Shown: in pieces, positions 1 through 10,836 of the stretch | How positions within the stretch are numbered: the first letter of the stretch is position 1 | Layout: each line of letters begins with the position of its first letter | Origin: Octopus sinensis | Lineage: Eukaryota | Length of the DNA stretch: 30,754 nucleotides | Assembly (NCBI RefSeq): GCF_006345805.1 | Contig: NW_021832873.1 | Span: 1 to 30,754 of the forward strand | Reading direction: 5' to 3' | Made by a program: the position numbers and the translations under genes | The notes under the pieces: model-generated | Databases searched by the model: none | What the model was told of the DNA's origin: nothing | What the model saw: only the letters and a program-made list of their open reading frames with translations

Positions 1-25
1 AATATATATATATAGATATATATAT

Positions 26-57
<32 letters not shown>

Positions 58-131
58 AATAAATATATATATAAAGTTAATCGAAACAAGAAAAGCACAA
101 CCAAAACACAACAATGCGAGGACGTGGAACA

Positions 132-175
<44 letters not shown>

Positions 176-189
176 TATTATATATATAT

Positions 190-387
190 GTTTGTGTGCC
201 TGTGTTTTTCCTCACCATTGTTTGACACCGATGTTGGTGTGTTTATGTCCCCGTAACTTAGCGGTTCGGCAAAAGAGAGTGATTCAAATAAGTAATAGGC
301 TTACAAAGTCCTAGGGTGGATTTGTTCAACTTAAGGCGATGATCCAGATGCCCGCAATCAGTGACTGAAACAAGAAAAGAATTAAAG
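190..387 (+). mobile_element. tRNA/CORE-type SINE family A, 3' half
   Basis: Matches the 3' half of the full copies at 6751-7178 and 16171-16566 (…gtttatgtccccgtaacttagcggttcggcaaaagag…tgactgaaacaagaaaag); embedded in (TA)n. Confidence 0.8.
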
Positions 388-403
388 CATATATATATAT
401 ATA

Positions 404-963
404 CGAGCAAAACGCCCCCCGTCCAATGGACGGTGCTGAGTTGTCAAACATTTAAACCAAATTTCTCAAAACAACTGTCCGACCGTCCCCTAGGCCTCCC
501 CTTGAGAAACACTGATTTAACCTAAATTGAGACACCAGCAAAAGAAGAAATAAAAATAGACTTTTTTTCTATTCCAAAGAAAAACGATTTTATTCACACA
601 AATATGCACCGAAGAGTTTAAAGTACCATAATGATAAGGCTGTTGACTGGGAGAACACAAACATGGTTTTAAACAGTAAGCTTGGCAGGAAAGAAACGTG
701 CCTTTAAGCAGTACAAAAACAGCACAAAATGGAAGGTGCAGTTGCAGTTAGTACAGGTTGACGAAGAAAAAAACAGGACAAAAACGGCTTTATCGATCGC
801 ATTCTCACCTAGAATCGATTTTTTGTAATTTTTTCAAGACTTTACACGCCCTGATACCGTCGGTATCTACATATCAAATTGGAGCGCTATCGGATGGAGG
901 ATGCCCGAGATCCTAGAGACGCACACACCACACACACAGACAGAACGGATTTTATATAAGAGA
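404..963 (-). mobile_element. Non-autonomous Helitron, family H1, copy 1
   Basis: On the minus strand it starts A|TCTCTTATATAAAA and ends with hairpin CCGTCC-att-GGACGG followed by …TTTTGCTCG|T. It sits between A and T with no TSD. A homologous inverted copy lies at 15010-15395. Confidence 0.75.
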
Positions 964-1089
964 TAAACATATATGAAGGATGTATATGTTATCATAGCGG
1001 ACGTTGCTTTATATAATACTCTATTGCTGCATATGGCATTATCAATGTGTGTTTATATGAACGTAGAGACAGATAATGCGCCGAGGACA

Positions 1090-1200
1090 GATAGTGAATG
1101 AGTAATAGCGAGAGAGAGAGAGAGAGGGAGAGAGAGAGAGAGAGAGATAGTGAATGAGTGAGAGAGAGAGAGAAAGAGAGAAAGGGGGAGAGAGAGATGT
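1090..1200. repeat. (GA)n microsatellite
   Basis: Seen directly in the sequence. Confidence 0.9.
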
Positions 1201-1282
1201 ATAAAATAAGTAGGGAACAAACAAACAGATAAAGAGAAATGTACTGGATAATGGAATTTTAAATTCATTGTATCTGAATAAA

Positions 1283-1378
1283 TGACGAGATGGTCACGGC
1301 CGGAATGCTTTTGATCATAGAAATCTAAATCAGAGTTTATCTGGGATTAATCCACATGAACAACAACAACAACGACAA
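1283..1378 (+). mobile_element. 3' end of a SINE/LINE-tail repeat with (AAC)n tail
   Basis: gagatggtcacggccggaatgcttttgatcatag…aacaacaacaac; a degenerate reverse-complement relative lies near 29360-29545. Confidence 0.45.
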
Positions 1379-1899
1379 AAATAACGATAGTACATAACCA
1401 ACATCTTACACGTTATTAAATTCCTATCTCAAAAGATTGTAAATCGTTCAAACCAAAAATAGATTCCCCCCTCTCTTCCCACGCCGCACATTTCTATAAA
1501 AGGATTAACTTCGAGTCTAAATTCTAACGATACTCCACTCACCGTTTTAATTTCCTGCTCCTCTTCACACAATCATACCATTTGAAACGTGAATATTATC
1601 GAAATAATACCAGCTGCTTTTGTGGTTTCACTTTCGCTTTTCCTTCTTTTAATATATCATAAAAATTTAAAGACTTTAAAGTTTCCTGGTTCTTCTCTTC
1701 CACACCTTGTGACGTTCTTCTTATTAATCATGTCTCGTTAGCGACTTCTATCGAAGAAGTGAAATCGATGTTTTGATTTTTTTTCTGTGTGTTTTTTTTG
1801 CTTTTGTTTTTTGTTTTTTTTTTAGTTTTAATTAACAGGAACCGGAAGTTCCGTACTTTATCAACTCGGCCATTTTCCTTCATCTCCTCCTCAAATAAA

Positions 1900-1941
1900 C
1901 TGCTGCTGCTGCTGCTACTACTACTACTACTACTTCTACTA

Positions 1942-1991
<50 letters not shown>

Positions 1992-2075
1992 ACTACTACT
2001 ATTTTTCCTCCTCCTCCTCCTACTACTGCTACTATTACTATTACTACTACCACTAATAATAATGATGATGATAAT
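1900..2075. repeat. Compound trinucleotide microsatellite (CTG/CTA/CTC/TAA/TGA)
   Basis: Seen directly; source of the poly-L/S/A/V ORFs in the track. Confidence 0.95.
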
Positions 2076-2076
2076 G

Positions 2077-2714
2077 ATTTCAAATTTTGGCACAAAGTCA
2101 GTAATTTTGGTGGGAGGGAGGAAATAAATCGATTACATCGACTCCAGTACTCGGCTGGTACTTATTTTATCGACCTCCGAAAGGATGAAAGGTAAAGTCT
2201 ACCCCAGCAGCATTTGAACTCACAACGTGAAGACGGACGAAATGCCGTTAAGCACTTGGCCAACCTTGCTAACGATTCTGTCTAAGGCTCGCCGCCTAAC
2301 GTTCATTTACATTGATTGCAAATTTTGGCACAATGCCAACAATTTCGGTGGAGCGGGGTAAGTCGATTACATCGACCCCCCAATGGTCAACTGGTACTTA
2401 TTTTATCGACCACAAAAAAAAATGAAAGGTAATGTCGACTTCGGCGGAATTTGAATTCTGAACATAAAGAAAGGCAAAATACCTATTTCTTTACTACCCA
2501 CAAGGGGCTAAACACATAGGGGACAAACAAGGACAGACAAACGGATTAAGTCGATTACATCGAAACCAGTGCGTAACTGGTACTTAATTTATCGACCCCG
2601 AAAGGATGCAAGGCAAAGTCGACCTCGGCGGAATTTGAACTCAGAACGTAACGGCAGACAAAATACGGCTACGCATTTCACCCGGCGTGCTAACGTTCCT
2701 GCCAGCTCGCCGCC
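2077..2714 (-). mobile_element. Array of three SINE family B copies (tRNA head plus Meta/MESC-like core)
   Basis: Copies at about 2077-2297, 2318-2483 and 2484-2714. Family head GGCGGCGAGCTGGCAGAA…GAGTTCAAATTCC (A and B boxes); core GCCTTTCATCCTTTCGGGGTCGATAAA; two different 3' tails. Confidence 0.85.
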
Positions 2715-2718
2715 AGTA

Positions 2719-2781
2719 GTAGGAGTGACTATGTGGTAAGTAGCTTGCGTACGAACCACATCGTTACGGTTCTAGTTCAAT
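2719..2781 (+). mobile_element. SINE family A head fragment, truncated at the Helitron
   Basis: aggagtgactatgtggtaagtagcttgcgtacgaaccacat matches the head of the 16171-16566 copy. Confidence 0.6.
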
Positions 2782-2782
2782 A

Positions 2783-3337
2783 TCTAAACAGTTATATACA
2801 TGCTGCTGTAATTAATTTAGACATTGCATTAAAAGACATTTTTTCAATATCTCCAATTAACCAAATGCTGGCAATGCATATAGGGTTTTCAATTAAATTT
2901 GATTACATTTTGAATGCCCATAACTCGGAAAATTTTGCATTTTTCCAGTTAAACTTTTTCGATGATAGTAGATAAATTTTCGATTCCAGAACGTATTTAA
3001 TAAGAGCATCTTAATCCTGCTTTTTCTACGTCGGATGCTCTAGAGTTGGAAATCCGGAAAATTTATTCGTCTATGCACCCAACGGCAAAACCAAGAACAT
3101 CGTGTATCACGAAGTTTTGGAACAAAGATTCCTCTCCCTCTGACAACCTCCCTCGCCAACTTCCGACAATCTCTCCCTCTTCCGGCTGACACTTTTTTGT
3201 ACTTTTAGCGATGGAAAATATACCTTTTGTATCAGTTTTAACGAAATTGCTTTTTTATATAAGAATAATAAGGCATTTAAATAAAGCGTTTAATAGAGCA
3301 TCTTTACCCCCCGAGAATTACCGGGTACACCAGTTAG
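2783..3337 (+). mobile_element. Non-autonomous Helitron, family H2, with helicase remnant
   Basis: 5' A|TC at 2783; 3' hairpin CCCG-agaattac-CGGG followed by TACACCAG-TTAG|T (decayed CTAG); internal RepHel fragment. Confidence 0.8.
3024..3143 (+). pseudogene. C-terminal fragment of the Helitron RepHel Pif1-family helicase
   Basis: Manual translation gives FYVGCSRVGNPENLFVYAPNGKTKNIVYHEVLEQRFLSL*. This matches Pif1 motif VI (LYVACSRV) and the typical Helitron end motif (GKTKNIVYxEVL). Not in the ORF track. Confidence 0.85.
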
Positions 3338-3380
3338 TGTATATATACATATATATATATATTATATATATATATATATA

Positions 3381-3415
<35 letters not shown>

Positions 3416-3597
3416 CATATATATATATATATAAAGGCGGTCCTCTTTCTATATTGCCCAAGATGCTGTGCTCTGGGACTGAAATCAAGATCACATCACC
3501 GATCGATTTAGATCGAACTATATTTCGGTTCAATGAACATGTGGTTAGGTAGGAAGTATGCCCCTACCTACAGAGCGAAAGATATATGTGTCTAATA

Positions 3598-3669
<72 letters not shown>

Positions 3670-3686
3670 GTAGGTAGGTAGGTAGG

Positions 3687-3725
<39 letters not shown>

Positions 3726-3751
3726 TAGAGATAGATAGATAGGTGGATAGG

Positions 3752-3818
<67 letters not shown>

Positions 3819-3825
3819 GTAGATA
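3598..3825. repeat. (GATA)n/(GGTA)n microsatellite
   Basis: Seen directly. Confidence 0.95.
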
Positions 3826-4009
3826 CATTTGTGCATATACACTAACGGACTTAGACCAATACACACTTTTATGTATCTAGCTGTTTGTATAACATCTCAA
3901 TCTGTGTAACTTTGTGTATACGGGTGTGTATGTATGCACACACACATTTATATGCATATATATATATACATATATGCATATACATACATATATATATATA
4001 TACACATAC

Positions 4010-4056
<47 letters not shown>

Positions 4057-4718
4057 TATATATATATATATGCATATAAACAGACGTACACACGTAAGCA
4101 CCGGCCGACTAATAAATAAACTTACATCACATATTTCCTAATCTGCCAATTTTTGCTTTCTTTAATCTGGATTTTTTATTATTTTTCTTTATACTTTCTT
4201 GTTTTATCTTTTGTTTTGATTTGTTTCTTTTTTTTATCTATTTTTTTTCTCTGTTTTTTTTTCTACCTTTACGTTTTTTTTCTTCTCGAAGCCGGTGATT
4301 AAATGTGATATGGAACCAATGAATTCAACAGACAACCAATTCCACTCCTTCTCTCTCTCTCTTCCCTTCCCTCCCCTTCTCTCTCTCTCTATCTCTCTCT
4401 GTCTCTCTCTGTCTCTCTACCTCCCTCCCTTCGTCCTTCCCACCACCGTCTCCCATCATTACCAAACAAGCAGCCGACACATTGTGACCTAGAATACTTT
4501 TTTTCTACCGCTAATTGTAAATGACAATCAATACTATGAGCAACTGACTCGCTTTGTCTTCTCCATCGACATGCAACACCCCCCCCCACCACCACCACCA
4601 CCACCACCAACCAACCACCCATCTCCTTACTATTGATGCTGTGTAACCATTTAGAGAAACATGTCATAGGTTCGAGACAAAGTAGGGTAAAGATGATTTT
4701 TCAACGAACTCCACTTAC

Positions 4719-4724
4719 CGCCAT
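4719..4724 (-). CDS. Candidate first coding exon end (Met-Ala) of an unknown host gene; 5' UTR extends rightwards
   Basis: Minus strand reads AAAACAAC-ATG-GCG|GTAAGT: good start context directly followed by a consensus splice donor, in non-transposon sequence. No downstream exon was identified. Confidence 0.35.
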
Positions 4725-5070
4725 GTTGTTTTACTGGGTTTTTATTTTTATTTTTGTGCATCCGCGTGTGTTTTTGTTTCCTTCATTTATTTGATCGAAG
4801 TTCCATTCTATTTCATGCAGTAGTGGTAGTAGTAGTAGTAGTAGTAGTAGCAGTAGTAGTAGTAGTTGTTGTTGTTGCTGTTGTTGTTGTTGCTGTTGAT
4901 GACGGCTTGGTATTGTTTGTAGCTTGAAGCTTGTTCTTCGTGGGAAGAAAGCTTCGTTATAAACTGCAGCTCAGGGTCCTACAAAATCTTTAAACTCGCG
5001 TCTATTTTTATTTGGTGATTAGAGGGATATTCCGTCGTGTTCTCTCCTCTTCTTTCTCTCCTTCTATCTA

Positions 5071-5102
<32 letters not shown>

Positions 5103-5417
5103 ACACACACACACACAGACACACACACAATAAATATAATTGGTTTCCATTTGAAAGAAGACATGAGTATTTGATATACAACCGCCACCGCCACCAACGC
5201 TGCTAGGTTTTTCACTTCTCCTTACCGTTCTTGTTTTAGAACGTAAAAAAAAATAAAGACTGGATGTCGGGGGTTTTCCTTGTATCACTTATAATCAACA
5301 AACCCCCTCGATACACTTTCAGTGAAACTACAATTAGTTAGTCTTCGCCCTCGTACAACAGAAGACGATGTGATGGTCGTGCTGCCACCGCTGCTGTTGC
5401 TGCTGGCTAGAGCCATA

Positions 5418-6040
5418 TGCATACATACATACAAACATACATACATACATACATGCATGCATACATACATACATAATACATACATACATACATACATACA
5501 TACATACATACATACATACATACATACATACATGCGTACAAGCATACATATATATATATACATGCGTACATACATACATACATACATACACACATACACA
5601 CATACATACATACATACATACATACATACATACATGTACATACATACATACATACATAAATACACACATACATACATACATACAGACATACACACATACA
5701 TACATACATACATACATACATACATACATACACACATACACACATACATACATACATACACACATACACACATACATACATACATACATACACACATACA
5801 CACACACATACATAGATATATACATACAAACATACATACATACATACATACAAACATACATACATACATACGTACGTACGTACATACATACATACATACA
5901 CACGTACGTACGTACGTACATGCATACATACATACATACATACATACATACATACATACATACATACATACATACATACATACATACACACGTACGTACG
6001 TACGTACATGCATACATACGTACATACATACATACATACA

Positions 6041-6076
<36 letters not shown>

Positions 6077-6520
6077 TACAAATATACATAGATACATACA
6101 TACATACGTACGTACGTACATACATACATACGTACATATACAAACATACATACATACATACATACATACATACAGACATGCATACATACATCATACATAC
6201 GTACGTACGTACATACAAGTATGCATACATACATAGACATACATGTATACATACATACATACATACTTACATACATACGTACGTACGTACATACATACAT
6301 ACACGTACATGCATACATACATACATACTTACATACATACGTACGTACGTACATACATACATACATACATACATACATACGTACGTACATACATGCATGC
6401 ATACATACATACATACACGTACATGCATACATATATACATACTTACATACATACGTACGTACGTACGTACATACATACATACATACATACATACATACAT
6501 ACCTACATACATACATACAT
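5418..6520. repeat. ~1.1-kb (CATA)n/(TATG)n microsatellite with CGTA and CACA variants
   Basis: Seen directly; source of the MYVC/HTYI ORFs. Confidence 0.97.
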
Positions 6521-6642
6521 AAACACTGCGTAAATACATACCAGCAATTAGCATTCACGCGACCTATTCGTTACGTGAAACACTGTACAAGTCAAAACCA
6601 TTTTCATTGAACATGATAAAATATTAGAATATAGTGATATAT

Positions 6643-6690
<48 letters not shown>

Positions 6691-6750
6691 GTGTGTCTTG
6701 GGTCATTATGCCAATAATGATAATAACACACGCACTGGTTCAATATCACT

Positions 6751-7178
6751 TCTTTATTGTTACTCTTTTACTCTTTTCTCTGTTACTTGTTTCAGTCATT
6801 TGACTGTGGCGATGCCTAGAGCACCGCCTTTAGTCGAGCAAATCGACCCCAGGACTTATTCTTTGTAACTAGTACTTATTCTATCGTTCTCTTTTGCCGA
6901 ACCGCTAATTTACAGGGACATAAACACACCAGCATCGGTTGTCAAGCGATGGTGGGGGGACAAACACAGACACACACTCAATACACACACACACACACGC
7001 ACACATATATATACATATATTCGACGAGCTTCTTTGAGTTTCCGTCTACCAAATCCACTCACGAGGCTTTGGTCGACCCGAGGCTATAGTAGAAGACACT
7101 TGCCCAAAGTGCCATGCAGTGGGACTGAACCCGGACCATGTGGTTGGTAAGCAAGCTACTTACCTCACAGCCATTCCT
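6751..7178 (-). mobile_element. SINE family A, near full length
   Basis: tRNA-like head (GGCTGTGAGGTAAG…GGTTCAGTCCC), CORE-like TTGGGCAAGTGTCTT, internal (TG)n and GTAAAAGAG tail. Confidence 0.9.
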
Positions 7179-7938
7179 TTATGGGAAATTAAATGTCATG
7201 TTTTATTGTACACAATATATATTTTTACAAATTTATTTGTTTGAAAAAATATTTAACTGGGGTCACTTAAACTGTATTTTATATTTTTCTCCCCCTCCCC
7301 CACCCCAACCACCACCACGTTCCTGCTTGTGACAGCAAAGGTCTTTATCCAAGTTCTACCAAACATGCTTCGTTCGATGTTCGAGTCAATCTCTATTATT
7401 GATTATTGTTTGAACTTTCTAAAATTCTTTAAACACCAAATTCTTTCACAGTCATTTCTTTCACGCTGTTCATTTCCATTGTCTTCTTAGTTGTCTGGTT
7501 CCTTCTATGCTCACCGTTGATCCAAATTAAAAGAGTTGTAATTAATTGAAGTAAATAATTAAAAAATCGCTATCGTCTGTTTCATTGCAACCAAGTTCTC
7601 TACTAAAATTATTTCTTCCAAAATTTCTTCTTGCTCAGGAAAAAAAAATCTTAGAAACAATTACGTAATCCGGTAAAGTTTTTCTAGATCGTTCTCATCT
7701 TGCTGCTGTCCCATGTTTCAGGAATATTTTAAAGACATTTTTTTTAGATTTAAAGAAAATTTTTTTCCCAAATTCTATCAATAATCTTTTCTCCCAGGGT
7801 TACATCAATTACTTGTACAAAAGTTCTTAATGAATAAATCTTAAATGTAGTAAATTACTCTTTACACCAAAGACACGGCCTATCCGGTAATAGTAATAAA
7901 AGAATATAACTTTCACACTTTATCTCAGGTTACTAAGT

Positions 7939-8254
7939 TAGGAGCACTCCGTCGGTTACGACGACGATTGTCCCAGCTGATACGATCAACGGAACAGCTT
8001 GCTCGTGAAATTAACGTGCAAGTGACTGAGCAATCCGCAGACACATGTACCCTTATCGTAGTTTTCAGGGAGATTCAGCATGACACAGAGTGTGACAAGG
8101 CCGGCCCTTTGAAATACAGGTACAACTCACTTTTGCCACTGGAACAACGAGAAATAAAGTGTCTTGCTCAAGGACACAACGCGTCGCCGGGAATTGAACT
8201 CACGACCTTACAATGGTGAGGCGAATGCCCTAACCACTAAGCCACGCGCTTTCA
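7939..8254 (-). mobile_element. tRNA-derived SINE family C with TSD
   Basis: Head GTGGCTTAGTGGTTAG…GAGTTCAATTCCC and GTGTCCTTGAGCAAGACAC domain; flanked by caggttactaagt (7926-7938) and caggtactaagt (8255-8266). Confidence 0.9.
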
Positions 8255-8337
8255 CAGGTACTAAGTACAGTCGGTTGACCATGGTTATTGTCAAAAGTTT
8301 ATAAAACCTTTGGAAACGGTTCGTGTAATGGCCTGGC

Positions 8338-8670
8338 AAAACCACTCGTAAACTTGTGTTTTGCTCATGGCAGCTCTCTTGTAAGCTGTTTGAAGCATTA
8401 CAACTGTTTCGGCCGCAGTTTTTCCCAGCAGAAAACAGAATTTCACGGAAGCACGTTGTTCCTTCGTTTCAGCCATTGCAAAAATCGACTAACAAGCGAG
8501 AAGCATCGCAAAACAAAGACACACCTCTTCACAGGCTGACACGGCTCAACGACACCGGTCGGCAGGTTGATGCCTGAGGATCGCATCAAGTGGCTTCTAG
8601 TGGCGGAAGTCTGAACTACAAAGGCCTTTCTCACAGAGAATGTTTCCGTTTACTTTGGGGTACCTCCACG
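8338..8670 (-). mobile_element. Mariner 5' fragment (TIR plus transposase N-terminal HTH)
   Basis: ORF 8291-8476 reads MAETKEQRASVKFCFLLGKTAAETVVMLQTAY…SKTQVYEWF, a mariner HTH; terminus TA|CGTGGAGGTACCCCAAAG at 8670-8672. Confidence 0.85.
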
Positions 8671-9261
8671 TACGTTGAAGTCCAATCTTCAAAAATCTGC
8701 TTTTATTACGCAATTTTCTTGTTCGAACACAAAAATTCTAGTTAAAATTGTTGGTAATGGCCCCCAAAGTTGCCAGTGGCTCGTAGACAGGTTCAATTTA
8801 ATCAACTGGAACGGCACTTCCCCTAAAACTGATTTTATCAACAGAACCCCAAACCCACTAACCAACTCTACTGAGAACAATCAGAAAAAATCTTCCGTTA
8901 CCATCACTTCTAGTTTTAGGCACAGAATTTCTGGAAAGTTCCTTTGGATTATTGAATCTTTTCTGGATGACCTCAGCTCTAAATTTGCTTTAGATAATCA
9001 TCACTTATCTCCTTATTCCATCTCTCCTGCTGTTCCTCAAAGTTTTATTCGTGGTCCGGTTTATTATGTTATTTTGTTTTTGTTTTTGTTTTTCTTTAAT
9101 TAATGTCGTGTTTAACCGTATCAGCTCTACCGATAATAGTCCTTTGTATTCTTGCTTGAACGAACGTTTGAATTCGCGGAGGTCGGGTAGAAATATACCA
9201 TTTTCTTCAGTCACCGATACTCAAGAGAATGGTACATTTCTTTCAAATGTTTGCAAAGGCT

Positions 9262-9368
9262 AGATAAGCATCTCCAACTAGCAAGCCACGCTACTCCAGA
9301 CTGATGACGAGCAAGGACTCAGAAACTAGTCTCTGGGCGCAGGCTTAGCTGGGTTGAGGTGCTTATCT
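9262..9368 (+). ncRNA. Type I hammerhead-ribozyme-like motif on a long hairpin
   Basis: ccaga-CTGATGA-c-gag(caagga)ctc-a-GAAAC-ta-GTC-tctgg (9296-9336); stem I extends to agataagcatctc/gaggtgcttatct. Confidence 0.7.
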
Positions 9369-9709
9369 CCCCCTTGCAAACATAAGGACACAGGAACTGT
9401 GTCAAGGCCGACAGAAAGCGTTGCTGCTTCATAGGGCTAAATAGCAGTAGTATGATTCCCTTCATGGGACTGTCACATTAAGTTGACAGTATACAACTAC
9501 TTTATTTGTAAGAACTATTTTCCATTTATCGTTACAGAAACTCTAATAATATTCCTATATCTGTATCTGATACTGTTTTGAGTCTTTGTCTTTTCGCTTT
9601 AACTTCTTGGAACATTTATATCAAATCTATTGCTAAACCATCTGCTATTTCTTGTTCGGCATTTCCTCCTCTCCACCCCCAAAATGCATTCGTCATATTA
9701 CATATTTTA

Positions 9710-9880
9710 ACTCAAGTTACTAAGTACAGTCCGATGACCATAGAGATTCTTTAATATCCATAAAAGATCGTTCGTTTTATGGCCGAGCAAAAAAAAAAAC
9801 CTAAGTTGAAATCCAATCTTTAAAACGCGCTTTTATTACCCAGTTTTCTAGAAATAACACTAAAATACTAATGAAAACTA
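9710..9880 (+). repeat. ~170-bp interspersed repeat; second copy split across 7924-7938, 8255-8340 and 8673-8745
   Basis: Shared blocks gttactaagtacagtc…atggcc…gcaaaa and ttgaa.tccaatctt…gcttttattac.ca.ttttct…aacac.aaaat.cta. Confidence 0.7.
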
Positions 9881-10469
9881 GCATGGAATACAGTCGTCAT
9901 ATTTGGTCTGGTGACTTTACTGATGTTCCTTCTGTCTTTGATCGACTTCAACCCTCTTCCTCACACACGTATCTATAACTAACATTCTTCGCTCTGTTTT
10001 GGCAGTTATACTTCAACCCTTTGTTCATTGTTAAGACATTATTTTATTACTCTATTCTCTATAAATACTTCCACGGTCGTAATTCTTCTCTTCTTCCTCC
10101 TCTTCACTTTACTGATTGACTCGTCATTCATCTTATCCTCATCCCACCACCACTGCTGCTGTTGTTGTCTTCTCCTCTCGTTACAAGTGTTTCAACTCCA
10201 GTGGTTTCTTTCTTCAAATATTTCGCTTTACGGAATTCTTTTGTTCTTGTTTTCCTGATTGATTATAAACTTAATTCATTAAAGTCTTTACTTGATCGCT
10301 TTACAGTTTTTAGGACAACTTCTTGTTATATATGTCAGTAGATGCGCAAAGCAATAACTTAAGAGTAAACAAAATTATAACCAGTTCAAATATGTTTGAG
10401 AGACATTTGAACCCTGAAAAGCTTTTCACTGCAGCTTATTATGGAGAACAAATTCTCTGGTGCTGAGCG

Positions 10470-10836
10470 GTTACTGTTGCTGTTGGGCGTAGCGGTCTTC
10501 TTCCAGTGGGAGAAGTCCGAAACGTGGTTCTTTGCTATTCGTAAGACCCGCAGAAGAGAAAGCAGGTCAACCCCCGACACCGAGAGCATCGACAGATGGA
10601 TGAATGCGCATCCAGGCTCAGCGGTTGCGTAGGAAGTCGGGGACAAGAAACGGGAAGAAAGAGAAAGTTGGAGCGAAAGAGTACAACAGGGGTCGCCACC
10701 ACCCACTGCCGAAGCCTCGTGGAGCTTTAGGTGTTTTCGCTTAATAAACACACACAACGCCCAGTCTGGGAATCGAAACTGTGATCCTCCGACCGCGAGT
10801 CCGCTGCCCTGACCATTGGGCCATTGCGCCTCCACT
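10470..10836 (-). mobile_element. tRNA-derived SINE family D
   Basis: Head GGAGGCGCAATGGCCCAATGG…GTTTCGATTCCC, GC-rich body and (AAC/AGC) tail. ORF 10386-10835 is a SINE read-through. Confidence 0.8.

Larger units (their letters stand above)
8915..10305 (+). pseudogene. Degenerate CR1-clade LINE ORF2 (RT, thumb, C-terminus), interrupted by insertions
   Basis: Decayed motifs in the expected order: ISGKFLWIIESFL…SPAVPQSFIRGPV (GVPQGSILGP), SWNIYIKSIAK (~9605), MEYSRHIWSG (9883), SILYKYFHGR (~10055), and an FP.DY.L..LKS-like end (~10250-10300). Many stops and frameshifts. Confidence 0.75.

Noticed and set aside
1728-2127. Poly-Ser/Leu/Ala ORFs
   Set aside because: Trinucleotide microsatellite artefacts.
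6550-6595. TTCACG…CGTGAAAC-act-GTA partial hammerhead
   Set aside because: No CUGANGA-like core or stem I.
5285-6610. Long ORFs of up to 383 aa (MYVC/HTYI repeats)
   Set aside because: Stop-free translations of (CATA)n in several frames on both strands; not proteins.
7330-7860. Possible upstream part of the CR1 LINE
   Set aside because: Similarity too decayed to support by eye; needs a profile search.
10760-10836. tRNA-like sequence (also the heads of the other SINEs)
   Set aside because: A and B boxes are present but the cloverleaf is incomplete and continues into a SINE body.
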